Positions 32,106 through 37,179 of a stretch of 37,179 bases of DNA are shown here, one piece after another. Both the position numbers and the translations under genes were made by a program. The stretch covers positions 1 through 37,179 of the forward strand of contig JYFJ02003827.1 of NCBI GenBank assembly GCA_000934665.2. The letters run 5' to 3'. A model generated the notes under the pieces. It saw only the letters and a list, made by a program, of their open reading frames with translations, did no database searches and was not told where the DNA came from. This DNA is from Catajapyx aquilonaris. Taxonomy: Eukaryota. How positions within the stretch are numbered: the stretch's first letter is position 1; each line of letters starts with the position of its first letter.

Positions 32106-35100
32106 GTATGTATAGCCCCTCTGGTCACTGCACCAGGGCCTGTAACCCTCATCATGTATCTGTCATGGCAGTGAAGAAAAATTATGTTGGCAAAACCTGA
32201 GTGTGCAACCATTGGAATGCACTGACTCCTCCACTTGTAGAGGGAGAATCATTTCTTAGCTGCAACCCAAACTGCTACAGCCCTTTTTATCAAACAGAGA
32301 CACTCAACTTTAATGCAATTTTGATCCATTTTATGTCACTAATGAGAGGCCAGAAGTGTTGTTATTTTTGTGACCTATCTCAAAGTTTTCAAGAAATATG
32401 AAAATAATGGCACCTACTCAATTAGGGTTAGAGATGTCACAGCAGTGTGAGCTAGCTTTGGGTAGGTTTTGCTAGACTCTTTTGGAGTCATGGAGAGATC
32501 AGATTTGGTTCCATTTTATATTTAAAACTGATGAAGCAAGTACAAGTGTCTGTTACATGGAAACTTCGCCATGTGAAGTTTGGGATGTCTCACATTACAT
32601 GAGCTGCACATTGCTGGATGTTAACCACCTGCTACGCACCACCAGATACATGCCAGTATAAAACCAAATAGTTGGTACCTTGCCAGAAACAGGACATTCA
32701 CTTAGAGTATTGCTAATAGGTTTTATAGCATTGTATGATTTTGTCTCCACTCATCAGAACTAGCAGTCCAGATTTGAAAGGTGTGAAAAAGAGTTGTGCA
32801 CTATATGTTAATGCACACCAAAAGGGGAAAGTTTGGACACTTTCTGCGGCAGTCAGACTTCGAATGCCTACTCTCAAATACTACCTACTAATCGTAGCTA
32901 CTGAATGCAAATCTACATAACTAACCACAAGGTTCTTTTGTTAATTAGAGCTCTGGCCTTCTTATACCGCCGGGCCGAACCAGTCACGCAGTTGTTTCTG
33001 TTAGAGGCCACACGAAACAGACTACCTTTACCAAAACCTGCGGTGAGGCGACTTCTAGAAGATGCTGAATCACCCCCAAAGGTAAGTGACATAAAAACAG
33101 ATCATTTTTTTACAGGATTATCTAGTTTCTAGTTCATGGGTCATCATACAGAACCTGCCCCATATTTTGACACCTCATCAAGAGTTGTAGTGCTCAACTT
33201 CTGTCACTGTTATTTGTCATTCAAATGGTATACTAAGGCAATCTTTTGGAAAAATACAGGTAAATGAAACATGACATGCGTATTAAAATGTTACTCTTAA
33301 ATAACAACTTTTCAAAGTGGAAAGGCAGAGGAATGTTATTGTAGGATATCTGAGGTTAATTTTCACAGATGGAAAATGATATAACCAATTATAATGGTTT
33401 TAATGCTTTCAGGTGGACCGAAGTGATCGCCGTCTGACAGGCTCTAGTGTGATTGATGAGTCTCTGCAGGAGATTCTTGGCTATGTACTCCGAGATTACG
33501 TCCATCCCTGGTATGAGGACCTTGGGAATGAGGAGGAAATCCTCTCAGAAGAGAGCTGCAGAGGGAGTGATCTACCTGAGGAACTTCGTCGGACCATCCA
33601 AAATGCTCTGGTGGTTATCTCTGGGCGTATCAAAGAGGTGGACTGGATCCCCTACTTGGCAACTCGTCTGGTAGATGATGCTGCCTCACACCTCCGGCTC
33701 TTCAGGCAGGCCAGGTCCAGATTGGATGGCCGGAATTCAAGCACTGCTAATACAGCATTAGAATCATCTGGGTCCTCTGAGAGTGATGCCAACTCTTCTG
33801 GTTCATCTGCTTCTTCAGCCCCAGCACCCACCCTGCAGGAATTGTTCTTCCAGATGGAGGCAGCCATGGAGAACTCACTCTCCAGACGTGATGCATGTGT
33901 TTCTCCTGAAGCACAAAAAAGTTAGTTTTTTCAGGACTGAAGTAGTGTAGAATCCACGACAGATGTTGCCATATTTAGGCAAGCATGCATACAGATACAC
34001 CCAAATGCAAACTTTTATTTGCTGGTAGACTTTTTGTAGGCATTGGTAGGCTTTTTGTAGACAGTGCTCATTTTAAACAGAAATGTAATAATTACTTTTC
34101 TACATTTTTATTGGTTCTCACTTGTAAGAGATTGATCTCGATGAATTACTTGAAGTGTGCTAATGAAACTCATTAATTTATGTAATGGCAGAATACCTGG
34201 AGGATGTGTGTGAGGCAGTGCTGTACCTGGTTCTCCCTGAGATTGATTTCCAGTGCAGGGCCATACGATTCTTGGCCCGAGAGCTTCTGGTAGAGGTTGT
34301 CCTCACACCCACTCTACAACTGCTTTCTGATCCAGATTATGTTAACCAGTCAATTGTGTGGCTGGTAAGTCACATATTGTGTTTGTATTGCTATCAGAAA
34401 TCTAAGGTCTTTGATGTATTACAGTTCCGTGACTTCAGCATTCCCAGCGAAGTGTTTCTCACTGTTCTGAGAGTCACCCATAGTAAGGATGAACTTCATG
34501 CCACCCGGGATCTGGTGGGGAAGGAAATTTCTCAGCTGGTGAGTGCATTTGATTCTTTTCCAATTGACCAAAGAATTATGATACAATGAATAAGGTAGGA
34601 ATTTTTAGAGTATATGAGGGTTGCATGATGCCAGGGGATAAATTACTACATGCATGTGTGTTGTGCAGATTGTACATTATGTAACTTGCCCAGGTCATTG
34701 GCATTATGTCAGCTCAGTTCACTCCATCATGGATGATCATCTGCATCTGAGTAAGCTGGTGGCCTCATGAGTACCCCAAATGTGGAAGAAACAATTGTAA
34801 TGATGATGTGTATTTTTGCCGTGGTTTGATCTTGTTATGTTATGGAGAGACTTCTTTCAAATAGCAACGGATAAGTGTTCTGTGTCTGAGATATTTTGAG
34901 ATGTATGAAAAAATAGATGACAATGTAACGATGGGTGAATTAATGCTGTATTTTTTCTCCTCCATTGTATTTGGATAGCGTTCAAGAGATACAGGGGGTG
35001 AAGATGATGCGCAAATCAAACAGCAGTTACGGAGCTTGCAATACCTTCGAAAAATTATTGATATCAGGCTCCAGAGGTTGCAGGCTAGGGAGGGTGGGGG

Positions 35101-35929
35101 GATGGGAGGTGGGGGAGGAGGTGGAGGCTCAGGAAACCAACTAGACTGGAGCCGATTGTTGCAGCCCACATCTGCTGGAGGACCAAGGTGAACATCTGAC
35201 TCTTTTTTCCCACTTCTTTTTTGTCTTGGAAGGTGAGGGGAGGGATGTTTCTGTTGCAGTTGTGAAAAATGTCTCCTCTCCGTAATATGATCTTATCGTG
35301 TGAGGATGGACAACAGGGCTATTTGAGGGTGGGGAACATCTGGTTTCTGATGGTATGGACTGCCTATCCAAGGTTGCAATGGTCATATAGTTGGACCATG
35401 GGAACATAATTATTGAAACCTCCTAAGTGATTAGTGAAAGAAATAGCTTGCCATGGTAAAGGTCAAACCTTCACTGCAATGGTGGGCTAGACACCCCCAC
35501 TGTGATTAGTTGATAATGGGAAATCATTAACTGGTGATTAATTTTTAGTTGAATTGTCATTAACTTTCCACATATTACTGGCATGAATTTTGCAGTAATT
35601 TTTTCTGAATTATGATTGTACAGGGTGTACACTAATGAGATTTTGTATGGCACAGGGTGTACCAGCTTCCCCTGGACGTGGTTTTGAGAAACCCACTCGC
35701 TCTTTCCTACTTCATGGACCACCTGGCTTCAGTGGACATGCAGCATTATCTTTTCTGCTACCTCAATGTGGAAGGTTGGAAGGTGGCTGCTGAACAGCAG
35801 ATTTCTGCAATGCAGCTAGATAAGATGTCAGAACGTGCTTCAACCAAAGCCTCTCCAGACTACCAAGCTCTTCTGGAAAACATGAGGGAAGCTGCTCTGT
35901 CCATACATGAGCAGTATCTTTCTGACAAG
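31993..35929 (+). CDS. SNX13: Sorting nexin 13 (TM-TM-PXA-RGS-PX-PXC family), 5' part; join(31993..32105,32949..33081,33413..33920,34192..34364,34425..34538,34979..35187,35656..35929); continues beyond the window
   Basis: SNX13 motifs: GWGGL..L..GTFGP, DRRLTGSSVIDESLQE, LRDYVHPWY, KEVDWIPYLATRLVDD, LSDPDYVNQ, RSRDTGGEDD..IKQQL.SL, LPLDVVLRNPLALSYFMD, VEGWKVAAEQQ, YLSDK. All phases are compatible. Confidence 0.95.
32949..33081 (+). CDS. SNX13: SNX13 coding exon 2
   Basis: ttttgttaattag| acceptor (phase 2) and AAG|GTAAGT donor. Confidence 0.85.
33413..33920 (+). CDS. SNX13: SNX13 coding exon 3 (PXA domain)
   Basis: gctttcag| acceptor and A|GTTAGT donor (phase 1). Confidence 0.93.
34192..34364 (+). 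CDS. SNX13: SNX13 coding exon 4 (PXA C-terminal part)
   Basis: ggcag| acceptor and CTG|GTAAGT donor. Confidence 0.92.
34425..34538 (+). CDS. SNX13: SNX13 coding exon 5
   Basis: gtattacag| acceptor and CTG|GTGAGT donor. Confidence 0.9.
34979..35187 (+). CDS. SNX13: SNX13 coding exon 6 (includes a poly-Gly linker)
   Basis: ttggatag| acceptor, RSRDTGGEDDAQIKQQLRSLQYLRKIIDIRLQRLQ, AG|GTGAAC donor (phase 2). Frame absent from the ORF track. Confidence 0.9.
35656..35929 (+). CDS. SNX13: SNX13 coding exon 7 (RGS domain)
   Basis: Branch ACTAAT and gcacag| acceptor; AAG|GTGAGG donor. Confidence 0.92.
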
Positions 35930-36042
35930 GTGAGGACTCATTCTTGTACACCCAAATGCTTGGCAGAGAATGAAAATGCCTACAGCAGAGCATAAATTCC
36001 CATAACCCCTTCGCTACCAAATAAGCCCGAACCACACAGATC

Positions 36043-36854
36043 GGTGGCGCAGTAGCAAAAATACTGTAACAGTATGGAGCCCTTGCAGATGACCCAAACA
36101 AGCTTGCTTATGCATGGGCAACATATGGGGATTTGACATGTGTACATTTCTGTGGCCATACGGCCACAAAAATGGTACAATCGAACCGAAGCAGTTTGGT
36201 GGAGTGGCTATAGGGTCCCGACTGCTAATCGGGGAGGTCCTGGGTTCGAGCCCCGGGGCCGGCAACTCTAACCGTGGTTTTCTGTGGTTTCCGACGGTCC
36301 CTCCAGGAGAATTCCGGGGTTGCTTCCTAATTAAAGAGGCCACAGCCGCCTCCTTCCTTCCCTATCCTATCCCAAAAATAAAAAAGTAAACATGTAAGCA
36401 AGAGTTCCAGACAAAACAAAAATCCCCCCTACAGAGCCGAAAAAGGCTGATAACAGGGTAAGATATTATTATTATTATTATTATAAATGGTTCAATCGAA
36501 ACAGAAATTGCAACAAAAAATAGTAGATGATCTGGCGCAGGGCCCCTAGTTAGTCTTTTTCCCATTTTCGGCCCAAAAGTGACATTTAGGACGAGTTGAA
36601 GTGAATGGAAAAGGACACTTTTGAAAAGTCAATTTGAATAACATGGCAGCAGAAATTGTGTGAAAATCACACATTTCTGTGGCTGAATGTCCACAATTTC
36701 AATGCAATCATGTTGAGTATGGTATCATTGTAAAGGCCAAACCTTTGGGCAGGGCGCCTAGTCCGGGTTTTTCCTGATTAATGGTGCATTTCGCCAACAA
36801 AAAAATAAAGTTTCCTTCGAAACGGCCCCACCATATTTTTGCTACTGCGCCACC
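36043..36854. mobile_element. Non-autonomous DNA-transposon remnant bounded by a perfect 21-bp inverted repeat; hosts the SINE
   Basis: GGTGGCGCAGTAGCAAAAATA (36043-36063) versus TATTTTTGCTACTGCGCCACC (36834-36854). The true termini may lie further out. Confidence 0.65.
36186..36484 (+). mobile_element. Full-length tRNA-derived SINE (about 300 bp; Lm1/Talua-like body) with (ATT)n tail and 16-bp TSD
   Basis: A box TGGTGGAGTGG at 36197-36207 and B box GGTTCGAGCCC at about 36243-36253, with a tRNA-like anticodon arm. Body GGTTTTCTGTGGTTTCC...CTCCAGGAGAATTCCGGG...GGCCACAGCCGCCTCCTTCC. (ATT)n tail at about 36465-36484. TSD AAATGGTACAATCGAA (36170-36185) / AAATGGTTCAATCGAA (36485-36500). Confidence 0.9.
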
Positions 36855-36989
36855 TTATGCGTACTCGGAAGATAGGGACAAGATGTTTTACAGCTGAAGT
36901 GAAGTATATGGCCCATTCGCCGAATCAGTTAGGAAACAGTACCTTGCCTAGTAGCTTGCTGACCCTTTACATCGTTGTTTCGTGTGGGT

Positions 36990-37179
36990 TTAACCTCCTG
37001 AGACCCGAGAAGAATTGAGTAACGCAACATCAGTTCCTATTGCATTTTCTGAACATTTTCCCAATAAGAAACGAGAAAAATTTTTTAGTTTTAAAATATC
37101 GACAAAATTGGCGACAAACAACCAATGAGAACATTAGGACCCAATTGGTGCTACAAAAGCAGAACGGATGAAAGCTGAA
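36990..37179. mobile_element. Possible left end of a TTAA-target MITE running off the right edge
   Basis: TTAA|CCTCCTGAGACCCGAG resembles TTAA-type element termini. The partner end is not in the window. Confidence 0.3.

Noticed and set aside
34023..34064. Two tandem 21-bp imperfect copies in an SNX13 intron
   Set aside because: Ordinary local slippage duplication.
36190..36264. tRNA-Ser(GCT) gene
   Set aside because: The acceptor stem is largely unpaired, the long variable arm of Ser tRNAs is absent, and it continues into a SINE body with tail and TSD.
1..37179. CRISPR arrays, operons, autonomous transposase/RT ORFs, horizontally acquired or viral genes
   Set aside because: No regularly spaced repeats and no long unexplained ORF with recognisable motifs. 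The sequence is spliceosomal-intron-containing animal DNA.

Overview
Eukaryotic, intron-rich genomic DNA, most likely from a non-dipteran insect or other arthropod. This is inferred from DRE promoter motifs, an insect nemy-type cytochrome b561, an Lm1/Talua-like SINE and a retained U12 intron. The window holds four protein-coding loci. (1) The first coding exon of an unidentified signal-peptide protein on the - strand (1361-1148), which continues off the left edge and lies head-to-head with ELP2. (2) A complete 5-exon ELP2 gene (+, 2281-9659, 729 aa) whose last intron is a U12-type (minor spliceosome) GT-AG intron. (3) A cytochrome b561 gene of the nemy/CYBRD1 type (-, about 22731-11180). It appears modular: two duplicated, mutually exclusive last exons each encode TM6 plus a different tail, and there are several candidate phase-2 first exons and a 66-nt in-frame cassette exon. 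(4) The first seven coding exons of SNX13 (+, from 31993; TM, PXA and start of RGS), running off the right edge. Introns carry several MITEs (nested, TTAA-type, TA-type), a probable Helitron remnant and a full-length tRNA-derived SINE with a target-site duplication. All gene models were built by hand from splice signals, phase compatibility and recalled family motifs; no searches were run.
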